Shown: positions 58,501 to 64,000 of the stretch, piece by piece | Layout: the number at the start of each line of letters is the position of its first letter | How positions within the stretch are numbered: the first letter of the stretch is position 1 | Assembly (NCBI GenBank): GCA_002633005.1 | Contig: NMRA01000238.1 | Coordinates: 62,001-126,000 of the forward strand | Length of the DNA stretch: 64,000 nucleotides | Direction of reading: 5' to 3' | From: Phoronis australis | Taxonomy: Eukaryota > Animalia > Phoronida | The notes under the pieces: model-generated | Databases searched by the model: none | What the model was told of the DNA's origin: nothing | What the model saw: the letters and a program-made list of their open reading frames with translations, nothing else | Program-made: the position numbers and the translations under genes

Positions 58501-61500
58501 TCGACATTGTCAGAGAATTCAACAACAAAACGTCATTTGAAATTAGAAGCTATTTGCCATGTTCATGAATTCTTCTGTTTTAACCACATAACGTCAGGAC
58601 CATAAACACGTCGTGCAAAATTTGTCCATCAGTAGCTAATCCACAACACAGTAACTGTTGGAGAGCAAGAGAAAGTCACTGAATGTCTCATCAATTGTAA
58701 GTTAAAGGTCCTTCTTTGGTAATATCCAGAACAAAAAGGCTTAATTAACGAAATAGAGAAACTATGAGAACTAAGAGATTTTGTTAAAAAGAATCAATAT
58801 TGGCATATATGAAAATGGCTATTTTATACAGTAGCAGTAAATGTGATTCATTAAATTATGCTGTTTATGGCATAAGAGTGTTCAGGTGCTGTAAGTCACA
58901 GGCAAATTGTTCTAATAGTCACCTTGCGAAATTTCGTACAAAACATCGCCCCAAAAGTTCAATTTTTTGCAAGAAATTTGAAAACATAGAACACCACCTG
59001 TCTGCCACATACATGTAAATGTGTTGAATTGAGAAGCGTAATGCTCAATACAATCTAAAATGAACTGCAGGCTTTTGTACAGAATTGTGATAAGGGGCTT
59101 AAAATTAAATAGATCATGAGTCATGCATCAATCAGTCGTGTTAATACAATGTTAATATAACTTGGTGTTAGCTTTATTTATTAGAAAGCACTTCACCATA
59201 CTAAAAGACCACTTAAAACAGCTAAAAATGCCCTATGTACTAAAATGAATGTGAGTTTATTTCAAAATGACACCGCTGGCCCATATTATAACAAAAGAAT
59301 TCAATAACAATGTGCAAGGAATCATGTAAAGAAATTATATTCAAAGTACTAAATAACATCAAACGGAAAGGAACTTGAAATGACACAAGTCTTCAGTTAC
59401 ATGGGTGTAATTTGCAGTAGCAAACAAAACAAACCCATGCAATATAGGTAATGACAAAAATGTATCCATATTTTTATGGCTTACCTCATAAATGAATAAA
59501 CATTCATTTAGAATTCAATTGATTTTATGAACTGTGTAACGAATGTGTGATCAAAATGTCCCCCGCCACCGCAGGATGCGCTCACTTTTCAACCTATAAT
59601 GTCATTTTGCACCGTAATGTAAACATAAACCAGACGAATATCTTGGCAACTGAGCACTCAAATACCATTACGATTACCCAAGTTTCAACCGAGAAGTTTT
59701 TGCTTCAAAAATGAACTTTCGGACAATGCTTGTGATGCAACTTCATTATTTCTGACTATGATCTTGAAAATGAGGCCAAGGGCACCAAATTTGACTGGCA
59801 GCTAGAGAAGCCCACCTACACCTTGGAACAAAATAGCTGCAAACTCTAAATCTCCCTTCAATTATATCATGCCAACAAACATTTTCGCAATCAATTTTCT
59901 CGATGTGACCTTGGAAATGATGTCAAGGTCGCCAGAATTGACATGTGCATGGAAATGCCTAATCTGCAACTTGGTAAAAAATGAACAAAAAGTCTAAAGC
60001 TTCCATCTTCAGATATCGCACAAACAACATTTTTTCAGGACAAACCTGATTTTGTCACAGACTGTAATCTTAAAAATGAGGACAATGTCGCTGAAATGGA
60101 CCATCGTTTCGAGTTGCCAGTTACACCAGTACAAATTATGAAAATTTCCTTCTTGAGATTTCACACCAACAACAGGTTCCCAAGTAAAAATTCATATTTT
60201 CTCAGAGACCTTGAAAATGATGTCAAGGTCACCAAAATTAATTGATGCCTCTGAGCTGGTACAAAATAACTACAAAAACTAAAGTTTCCTTCTTGAGACG
60301 TCGCACCAACAATAGACGGACGGATAGTCACAACTATATGCCCCCGCTTCAGGTTAATAAGCGGTGGGGGACAAAGAGAAAGCAGTTTTATACAAGTGTT
60401 ATACATCTCTTAACTTATGACAATAGACACCAGCTCCAACGTTTTTGAATTTTCTCTGAATAACTCAACAATATCAACTACAGCAGGCGTTCTCTAATAA
60501 CCTTACCTTCTTCATTTATCGTGGACGGTAAACGCTTTTTCAACGGAGGATTTTTTTTCTCCGCGTTCTTTTCTCCATTCACGTTCACGGGGCCGTTTGC
60601 CTTAATGCCATTAGCTAATGAGAAAACGCACACACATCAGCGGTTAGACCATGCCCCAGCAGCATCATGGGTAATTTCAAGGTTTTTAGGAATTCAAAAG
60701 TTTTTCATGCAACCTATAAAAACGTCCTCGACGTTCTCATTGTAATTAAACTGTGTCATATACTTACGTTAAAAAACACACCTTGGTTATACATTTAATA
60801 GGAGTACCAACAAATTTACGGTAAGATAATTTCAAAGTGAATAAATAAATCACAAGGCTGTACTAGCAGTTGTACTAGAAGTTGTTAAGATTACGGAGGA
60901 AAGCGCTGAATTGAATTACCAAACACAACCACTAGAGGGCGCAGTAAGTCATGTTAATTATGAAAACATGGTCGAAGAAGTTGAGCATGCAAACCAAATG
61001 GGAAAAATAGGTGTGTGGAGGGAAGAACTCATTAACAACAACAAAGAACAGTGCATATCATAATTAGTCAAAGGAAAAAATAATGCCAAATTCCTCAACG
61101 GAAGTAATATTAAAAGCATAATGAAACGATCCATTGCAGCAGTTATGCAAAAATTCTCCATTACCCTGACACCGATGAATCTCTTATAATGATTATATTC
61201 TACTAAGAACTATGAGGAGCGTTGATATGCACCGACAGTGTGCCTCGCAAACAGTGCAAATACAAGAGATGATCATAGTAGTTTTAAACATTCTACTAAT
61301 TGGGGCAATGCAATAAACTTATTTAATAATGATAGTGTCTAGGGGCTGCAAAGCAAGTGAGAGACATTCTCCTCAGTAGGACCACACTGCTGTCATTCAT
61401 CAAGATTCTTAAAGAAGTTTAGAAGATTGGGAGGCAGACGAAAAAGGTCACAAAAGGAGCTATAGAAAGGCTACTAGGGGACACAACATAGGTCTAATCC

Positions 61501-63721
61501 ATCTGGTGGTGTTGCCTTTGTCATAGCATTCCCCATTTCCTGAACATCTATCAAGAAATTTGGTCGACATCAGGGCAAGCACAAACAAAAACAAAAACAA
61601 AAACAAAACTGTCGTTGGGTGACTCCACAATAGTCAGAGTTGTCCCAAAATCCATCCAAGTTGTACTCTGAGCAGAAATTCATGCCAAAGTTCATGAAGA
61701 TCCATCAACTATGAAGGAGCTTGTACTGAGCCACAGGCAAAAAAATTGCCACAAGTGGATGCCAGGGAAGTCGCGCTCATTCAAAAATCATTGTTAGCCA
61801 CGCTCTTTGCAGTAGGAACGTAGACGCCAAGAACAAGACTCAAAGGAACAAATGGAAAAATGTACACTAGGTGGCATATGATACGTCAAACCCATGCAAA
61901 AAATGGGAAGGTGTTACTATCTCTTTAACGGGAACTTGCCTTGTTCCAGGCATCCAGAAATTCTGAAGATACAGAGGAAAATGTAAAAGAAAGAAATTTG
62001 CCACAAGGGGGCACAACGGTAATCAGATAAATAGAAATTTTAAAAAAGATTCTGCCTGAGGTTTAGAGGATACAACCGCAGAGGAGAAAAAAATACTACC
62101 AGCACTTGCTACAATAGTCGGATGTGTCCAAAAATCAGGTGTGCTTTTCCCAGTAGGAATGCATGCCAATTTTCATAACGATCTTTAGAGTGGCTTGTCA
62201 GATCAAGACACAAAAAATAAGAAAAATGGCCACTAAGTTGTGTACAAAAAGTTAGATGTACCCCAAAATAGGAAACTGTCATTGCCTTTTTAATAGGGAC
62301 AGATTTGACAAATTTCATGAAAATCCATCAAGTAACTGCAAAGATGCAGAAAATGTAAAAAATAAAATTGCCACTTGGGGGCGCAGTGGTAGTTGGATCC
62401 ATCCAACAATGTTCCTGCAAGGGGTTCACAAGATACAGCCACTGACGAAAAAAATGCCACAAGGAGGCACAACAGTTAATGGAGCCATAAGAAAATCACT
62501 ATAGCCATCCTCTTCCCCATAGGAGCACACACAATTTCCATAATCATGCTTTAAATGGATTAGCAGAATATGTCAAATCCATCTAAAAATGATGTGTCAT
62601 CTCCTCAATAGAAATGTAATTTTGCCTAATTTTAATGAAAATTCTTTAAGGAACTCCGAAGACATACCTCTGCGCCAAATATGTATGCTAAAATTGCCAC
62701 TAAGGGCACGCCTGTAGTTGATTTCATCAAAATTCGAACATGTTGACCTAATCATGATAAAAAATGTCATCAAAACTTCATAAACAACCATCTAGGGGTT
62801 TTGGACATACAGCAAGGGACGTTAGAGGGACAGGAATGACGGCATAATGCACCAATACACATATACATATTGATGTAGGTGCATAAAAACATAGACTTTG
62901 TAAATTGGATAAAAATACAGTAATACCACAAGGCACATGGTTGAAAAGACAAAAATACAGTTTTTAAATATTCCACGTGACCCATTACATACTTTGAAAT
63001 TTCAGAGTTACCTACATGTCTAGTACTACGATCAACAGCCTAAGATGGGCTCAAAAGCTAGGCTCCCAAGGAAAACTAGGCCGCGGAAAGGTTATTATCA
63101 TTTCAATGTCTAATTGATTAATAAATACAAAATGACGTGTCAATGCCAGTTCTCCACGAGGTTAATCATTATAAAATTGAACATTTGTTAGAAGGAACAT
63201 TTTTGTAATATGCAAATTACACAAATACAGCACAAAGCTAACAACCTTACCTTCTGGCTCTTTCTTCACTTCCGGTTTCTTTGGTTCAACCTTTTTCGGT
63301 TCATCCTTCTTCGGCTCAACCTTTTTCGGTTCGTCCTTTTTCGGCTCAACCTTTTTCGGTTCGTCCTTTTTCGGCTCGTCCTTTTTCGGCTCAACCTTTT
63401 TCGGTTCGTCCTTCTTCGGCTCAACCTTTTTCGGCTCATCCTTTTTCAGTTCATCCTTTTTCGGTTCATCCTTTTTCACTGACTTCAAACCAAATCTATT
63501 CAACTTGGGGTCAGGTTCTTCCTCTTTCTTCTCCAACTTTTTCTTCATATCTTCTGGTTTTGGCTTGTCTTCGAGCTTCTTTGGTGCTGTTTGCTTTGGT
63601 TCGACCTTGACCTCTTCAATTTTCTCTGGTTCGATGGGGGCAGGCGTGGTCTCAGCTGGAGTTGTTTTCTTCGCTTGAATCTTGTCTTCATCTTTAGGCT
63701 TATTTGTTAATGCTGGGGCTA
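69..63721 (-). CDS. unc-22: Twitchin (unc-22/projectin-family giant Ig/FN3 muscle protein), spliced, partial at both ends
   Basis: About 43 exons with GT..AG boundaries and consistent phases. Domain order Ig-D1 linker-(Ig)4-(IgFn2)2-Ig(Fn)3-Ig(Fn)2 matches molluscan twitchin. D1 motif RKASLADIIPDWPTLQHR resembles bivalve D1 (RRPSLVDVIPDWP). Confidence 0.93.
332..444. repeat. ~39-bp minisatellite, ~3 copies
   Basis: Unit cctcacagtacaatgggtcggtggtgtccagcaatagat. Confidence 0.85.
943..1245 (-). CDS. Twitchin exon, complete FN3 domain
   Basis: PPTKPRGPIDAREIEADSMKLFWKPPEDDGGDDITNYTLEK...YEFRVCAVNQFGISEP...ARHPF; 303 nt, phase 1-1. Confidence 0.95.
1972..2095 (-). CDS. Twitchin exon, Ig C-terminal half
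   Basis: TKENNALLTTTDAIRSDSGVYKVTLKNNMGSDSCTFRVNVL; phase 0-1. Confidence 0.93.
2512..2669 (-). CDS. Twitchin exon, Ig N-terminal half
   Basis: TPIIDLDGIRDITVKHGQTIPVDVPFVAVPTPTVTWAKNGEDLEESSRTTIK; phase 1-0. Confidence 0.93.
3077..3361. mobile_element. MITE with TIRs and TTAA ends (Kolobok/piggyBac-type non-autonomous element)
   Basis: Left ttaaaaggataccaaaccc; right gggtttggtatccctttaa (inverted, 1 mismatch). Confidence 0.75.
4122..5425 (-). CDS. Large alternative twitchin exon encoding an intrinsically disordered, charged segment (cassette 4139-5425, or terminal exon ending at TAG 4122)
   Basis: About 430 open codons, more GC-rich than flanking introns. Acceptor TTTCAG|CT at 5426-5427 is in phase 1 with the upstream FN3 exon. 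Possible phase-1 donor CAG|GTTCAT at 4137-4138. Confidence 0.8.
5907..6206 (-). CDS. Twitchin exon, complete FN3 domain
   Basis: (F)LSGATGKPNVDKITNDSVSLSWAKPVDDGGSPITGYMVEK...YQFRVRAENALG...VAENQP; 300 nt. Confidence 0.93.
7355..7558 (-). CDS. Twitchin exon, FN3 C-terminal part
   Basis: (G)YQVEKRPTGRSSNSWVPAH...FEFRVRAINAGGQGEPSKPTEAHLVRDPV. Confidence 0.93.
7429..8953. repeat. ~760-bp tandem duplication joined by a single N (7429-8185 / 8187-8953), probable assembly artefact
   Basis: Near-identical copies with a few SNPs/indels; N at 8186; second copy contains a truncated exon (8187-8316). Confidence 0.85.
10250..10525. repeat. ~40-bp degenerate minisatellite followed by (GACA)n
   Basis: Unit ataagccaccagcagcagataaatagacttatagtgt, ~5-6 copies; gaca run at ~10494-10525. 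Confidence 0.8.
10743..10847 (-). CDS. Twitchin exon, FN3 N-terminal part
   Basis: (D)TPDAPSDLQIKDFDRFSVQLAWKAPKNDGGSRIT(G). Confidence 0.93.
11576..11875 (-). CDS. Twitchin exon, complete FN3 domain
   Basis: (D)KPGMPEGPLEVTDVKANEATLSWKPPADNGGAPISDFIVEK...VVAKNPF; 300 nt. Confidence 0.95.
12721..12856 (-). CDS. Twitchin exon, Ig C-terminal half
   Basis: VNLPTDETSAKVDIPVSRRDDTGKYTITVNNPSGTETADINVIVL. Confidence 0.93.
13233..14597. mobile_element. Putative non-autonomous DNA transposon with imperfect TIRs
   Basis: accgtatttatccacctt (13233-13250) vs aaggtggataaatgcggt (14580-14597), further inverted similarity ~13306-13330 / 14526-14557; CpG-rich interior with no recognisable ORF. Confidence 0.55.
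14918..15072 (-). CDS. Twitchin exon, Ig N-terminal half
   Basis: (E)APKISLDSLFGTNEIKVRAGEPLKIDVGVSGEPTPTVEWSKDGRKLEPDSR. Confidence 0.93.
15578..15707 (-). CDS. Twitchin exon, FN3 C-terminal half
   Basis: DLFYADEKVLPNKLYEYRVIAINAGGESKPSKTTGPIPAKPEK. Confidence 0.92.
16181..16353 (-). CDS. Twitchin exon, FN3 N-terminal half
   Basis: (D)APSSPESVRCADRDRTFIEIEWDPPRSDGGSPIIGYDIEKKDPKSNMWNRINTSPLK. Confidence 0.93.
16693..17510 (+). mobile_element. Interspersed repeat family A (Helentron/HINE-like, internal tandem subunits)
   Basis: 5' gaaatgcgccc motif and recurrent aatggccattagatgg / ccaaatttcatgaaa / aaattgccactagggg subunits shared with copies at ~48.1, 52.6 and 61.2 kb. Confidence 0.65.
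18038..18237 (-). CDS. Twitchin exon, FN3 C-terminal part
   Basis: GYRVEKMDMAKGRWEPVKELPARITEVAVPKLQEGKQYKFRVMAENVQGVSNPLENESPLVAKNPY; phase 2-1. Confidence 0.94.
18820..18925 (-). CDS. Twitchin exon, FN3 N-terminal part
   Basis: (D)KPSAPEGPLEVSDVFADRCKLSWKPPKDSGGLDL(T); phase 1-2. Confidence 0.93.
19562..19706 (-). CDS. Twitchin exon, Ig C-terminal half
   Basis: PCDCPFVTTDKDSTLKNNNPNRGDSGEYTIVVENDSGVDQASVNIEVL. Confidence 0.92.
19969..20093 (-). CDS. Twitchin exon, Ig N-terminal half
   Basis: (R)PPKIDTSGLKDMKVKAGQPFALKVPVDGIPPPTVKWLKNGE. Confidence 0.93.
20325..20435. repeat. ~13-14-bp minisatellite
   Basis: Unit acaaggggg(a)cgct, ~8 copies. Confidence 0.8.
21653..21803 (-). CDS. Twitchin exon, FN3 C-terminal half
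   Basis: AMETKPGEVHATVAGLKEGTQYQFRVKAVNAAGSSEPSETSDVCLATPKA. Confidence 0.93.
22073..22383. repeat. 21-bp minisatellite, ~15 copies
   Basis: Unit acatggtctacacagtagcac; explains the repetitive ORFs in three frames. Confidence 0.95.
22419..22570 (-). CDS. Twitchin exon, FN3 N-terminal half
   Basis: (D)PPTAPGKPQMADWDADRITISWSPPSSDGGSKIKKYIIQKQEKPGAKWVE. Confidence 0.93.
23465..23721. mobile_element. MITE with ~50-bp imperfect TIRs
   Basis: ggagcctgtt...tttgtcttttggc at left; inverted gtcaaaagacaaaa...aacaggctcc at right. Confidence 0.7.
23850..23985 (-). CDS. Twitchin exon, FN3 C-terminal half
   Basis: CKDTTVPIEGLTENHRYKFRVMAVNSEGTSEPLEALTDVLAKDPF. Confidence 0.93.
24548..24720 (-). CDS. 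Twitchin exon, FN3 N-terminal half
   Basis: (D)KPSPPKGPLDVEDIFKDHCVLEWDPPVDDGGCPIKHYMVQMKDATEDPDGDWKDAKK. Confidence 0.93.
24916..25110 (-). CDS. Twitchin exon, Ig C-terminal part
   Basis: (G)TPNPVVKWLKDGNPVDEDTVEIKQQHKNVDFCIPKAKRADDGLYELELSNSEGTEKVPVRIKVL. Confidence 0.94.
25535..25627 (-). CDS. Twitchin exon, Ig N-terminal part
   Basis: AKPPKVDLSGVPKEITVKAGDKVDLKFPYT. Confidence 0.92.
26038..26165 (-). CDS. Twitchin exon, Ig C-terminal half
   Basis: VLATKEGNNELLTFTDLVMDDEAIYTCRIGDRETEAELLVDE; phase 2-1. Confidence 0.92.
26520..26664 (-). CDS. Twitchin exon, Ig N-terminal half
   Basis: EVRIIKQLEDIHGIEGRKAQLKTVVDNPHLHPAKWFKDGKELKPDGK(R); phase 1-2. Confidence 0.92.
27004..27148 (-). CDS. 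Twitchin exon, Ig C-terminal half
   Basis: EIGPSDKYDIREDGQIRELVVKDINKKDEGKYVCRLQKKTCSARLSVA. Confidence 0.93.
28205..28492. repeat. Degenerate ~20-bp minisatellite
   Basis: Recurrent atatacagacactgtgcacc-like units. Confidence 0.7.
29790..30560 (+). mobile_element. Degenerate copy of repeat family A
   Basis: acatctgccaaacttcatga, aaatttcataaag, tagccacaagagggcacc, atggcaactagagg subunits. Confidence 0.5.
32600..32721 (-). CDS. Twitchin exon, Ig N-terminal half
   Basis: (E)PEYEFTKTLKDLEHLEKEDAVFQVRVDDPDAKVTWIRRDE. Confidence 0.92.
33351..33489 (-). CDS. Twitchin exon, Ig C-terminal half (shared by both mutually exclusive N-halves)
   Basis: EKGSHISQQRRENRCILIIRQALYEDGAEYSCKVEGDETHCKLIVE; phase 0-1. 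Confidence 0.92.
35618..35982. repeat. ~30-bp minisatellite, ~12 copies
   Basis: Unit ctgtacagtagacaataagacccatacccc. Confidence 0.95.
36503..37433 (+). mobile_element. Repeat family B, Helentron/HINE-like element
   Basis: 5' tgtccccccgcc subterminal motif, internal accttgaaaa..gtcaag tandem subunits, gacggac motif, 3' hairpin tgtcccctgc...gcaggggaca (37395-37430); related copy at 59.5-60.4 kb. Confidence 0.7.
37734..38231. mobile_element. MITE with ~45-bp imperfect TIRs
   Basis: gcccaagatccaatcttgatactctaaatcaaactc vs gagttcaattttgagtaccaactaagattggatctcaggc. Confidence 0.7.
39199..39338 (-). CDS. Twitchin mutually exclusive exon B, Ig N-terminal half
   Basis: (P)RKPTFKFTQKLNKTYKTQKRKDVQLECFVSDIRVPVSWYKNDELIK; TTACAG acceptor, GTAAG donor; 140 nt, phase 1-0; absent from the ORF track. 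Confidence 0.9.
39675..39814 (-). CDS. Twitchin mutually exclusive exon A, Ig N-terminal half
   Basis: (P)RKPIYYFTQKLPSQYFVKKNASFQIECFTNDVDVPVKWYKNGTPVI; TTTCAG acceptor, GTAAG donor; 140 nt, phase 1-0. Confidence 0.9.
39994..41020 (+). mobile_element. Repeat family C, non-autonomous Helentron/HINE-like element
   Basis: 5' acttggcgaaatt (~40023); 3' hairpin acttgtcgaaattc..gaattccaccaagt then aataa; CpG-rich with gccgccatcttg motifs; related 3' end at ~36290-36320. Confidence 0.6.
43523..43703 (-). CDS. Twitchin exon, Ig C-terminal part
   Basis: VPPAVRWFKNKLEIFHGDKYHFESAKTIQRLKINKLNVNDGGRFTCQCNKVQTAAWLYVE; phase 0-1. Confidence 0.94.
43886..43978 (-). CDS. Twitchin exon, Ig N-terminal part (first Ig after D1)
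   Basis: EPEKFVRDLEDVRAKEEDGSAEFEAEFCKTK; phase 0-0. Confidence 0.92.
44602..44730 (-). CDS. Twitchin exon carrying the D1 PKA phosphorylation site
   Basis: EGKRKMSQDKGRRDSKDHGSRKASLADIIPDWPTLQHREKKKE; phase 0-0. Confidence 0.93.
46775..46878 (-). CDS. Twitchin D1-linker alternative exon (long)
   Basis: (D)TPKNTPSGSRRTSIIEQTLLNLRKVDGDSDSEGP; CTAG acceptor, GTAAG donor; phase 1-0. Confidence 0.8.
47680..47708 (-). CDS. Twitchin D1-linker microexon (29 nt)
   Basis: (V)EKDEKKKEE; CTGCTTCTAG acceptor, GTAAC donor; phase 1-0. Confidence 0.7.
48070..48812 (+). mobile_element. Repeat family A copy
   Basis: gaaatgcgccc head; 3' ggatgtccagacagagatgacggcaat followed by a hairpin-like end, same as the 52.6-kb copy. 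Confidence 0.7.
49039..49097 (-). CDS. Twitchin linker exon
   Basis: EHDKTKAEEEDVDWGNLKP; phase 2-1. Confidence 0.88.
49923..49968 (-). CDS. Twitchin linker exon
   Basis: (D)PKDATLDFRNLLKH(K); DFRxxL motif; phase 1-2. Confidence 0.88.
50174..50416 (-). CDS. Twitchin exon, Ig domain preceding the D1 linker
   Basis: (G)DNIEFGFGVSGDYMPKVRVFKGKRELRSDTRTTIDINESMKKAKVTIAKARYPDEGKYGVALEGKSGSITDQVKFSVFVK. Confidence 0.93.
50483..50902. repeat. 47-bp minisatellite, ~9 copies
   Basis: Unit aaagctgtgtcactagatggcgttacagttttattggccaaatattg. Confidence 0.9.
50884..51858. repeat. ~487-bp tandem duplication joined by a single N (50884-51370 / 51372-51858), probable assembly artefact
   Basis: Near-identical copies; N at 51371. 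Confidence 0.85.
52024..52161 (-). CDS. Twitchin exon, P/E/K-rich linker plus start of Ig
   Basis: KPVVDESIYETEGPKRKPKQPKPEPEPEVGGPKMTGKPDNLVVSE; phase 1-1. Confidence 0.9.
52649..53710 (+). mobile_element. Repeat family A, best-preserved copy (Helentron/HINE-like)
   Basis: aacaagagc...gaaatgcgccc head; tandem subunits aaaatggccactagatggc; 3' hairpin tatgtacccacat..atgtgggaacata (53676-53706). Confidence 0.75.
54059..54151 (-). CDS. Twitchin symmetric cassette exon (acidic)
   Basis: PPSTRTFYDGESDEDVPDEIFTSPVNPENS; strong pyrimidine tract with AAG acceptor, GTATT donor; 93 nt, phase 1-1. Confidence 0.75.
54221..55241. mobile_element. Putative ~1-kb TIR element
   Basis: taaacatttgggttaacgc vs gcgttaacccgcatgttta (17/19 inverted match). 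Confidence 0.5.
57560..57815. repeat. ~35-37-bp degenerate minisatellite
   Basis: Unit gatctagttatctgagcatagcaatacatgcacatga, ~7 copies. Confidence 0.85.
57823..57870 (-). CDS. Candidate 48-nt twitchin cassette microexon
   Basis: (V)DVHSGGSLMDALRRM; TTAG acceptor, GTATGT donor; phase 1-1, open in the required frame. Confidence 0.5.
59538..60375 (+). mobile_element. Repeat family B copy
   Basis: 5' tgtcccccgcc; accttgaaaatgatgtcaaggtc subunits; gacggacgga; 3' hairpin cccccgctt..aagcggtggggg. Confidence 0.7.
60507..60614 (-). CDS. Twitchin symmetric cassette exon
   Basis: (A)NGIKANGPVNVNGEKNAEKKNPPLKKRLPSTINEE; TTAG acceptor, GTAAG donor; 108 nt, phase 1-1. Confidence 0.82.
61202..62890 (+). 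mobile_element. Repeat family A, long copy with many internal subunits
   Basis: Repeated aaattgccactagggg / aaatttcatgaaaatcc subunits; 3' gacaggaatgacggca plus hairpin atgcacc..ggtgcat (62847-62884). Confidence 0.7.
63251..63721 (-). CDS. Twitchin PEVK-like exon with 15-bp coding repeat EPKK(D/V)
   Basis: APALTNKPKDEDKIQAKK...(EPKKD/EPKKV)x~13...KEPE; TGCAG acceptor, GTAAG donor; 471 nt, phase 1-1. Confidence 0.9.
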
Positions 63722-64000
63722 CTGCAGGAAAAAGAGAAAAGAAATGTTATTAAATGAAAGTGACACTCAAACTATCAAACATTGGAAAACAAGTCATATG
63801 TAGTTCACTGAAGCAAAATAAACAAATGACAAAAAGTGACCTCAGTTTTCAAATTTACTTGATAAAAAATAAAATATAAGAAGGTGGGTATGTGACAGAC
63901 TGCAGCTTTAAATAAGAGACATTGCTGAAACAACCCACCCATAATTTATTTACAAATGAATTTCAGAATTTGCACGTATTTGTAAAATGAGGTTAATTTT

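Noticed and set aside
63210-63610. Plus-strand ORFs with FRFVL / QPFSV repeats
   Set aside because: Antisense shadows of the PEVK-like coding repeat

Overview
Eukaryotic (animal, lophotrochozoan and probably mollusc-like) genomic DNA. The whole window is an internal part of one intron-rich giant muscle protein gene on the minus strand, a twitchin (unc-22/projectin family). I reconstructed about 43 exons by hand from GT/AG boundaries and reading-frame continuity. They encode, N to C: a PEVK-like region, Ig, the D1 PKA-site linker (RKASLADIIPDWPTLQHR), four Ig, then Ig-Fn-Fn-Ig-Fn-Fn-Ig-Fn-Fn-Fn-Ig-Fn-Fn. This matches the published molluscan twitchin layout. The gene start and the kinase domain lie outside the window. 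Introns hold minisatellites, TIR MITEs and Helentron/HINE-like elements, plus two N-joined duplications that look like assembly artefacts. The most interesting signals concern alternative splicing: (i) a ~430-codon disordered, PKA-site-rich exon with its own 3x motif, inside the Fn3/Ig rod; (ii) two paralogous 140-nt mutually exclusive Ig exons; (iii) frame-incompatible alternative exons in the D1 linker; (iv) symmetric PEVK cassette exons, including a candidate microexon followed by a minisatellite carrying Rbfox sites. No prokaryotic features, RNA genes or CRISPR arrays are supported. Exon coordinates are hand-derived; repeat boundaries are approximate.
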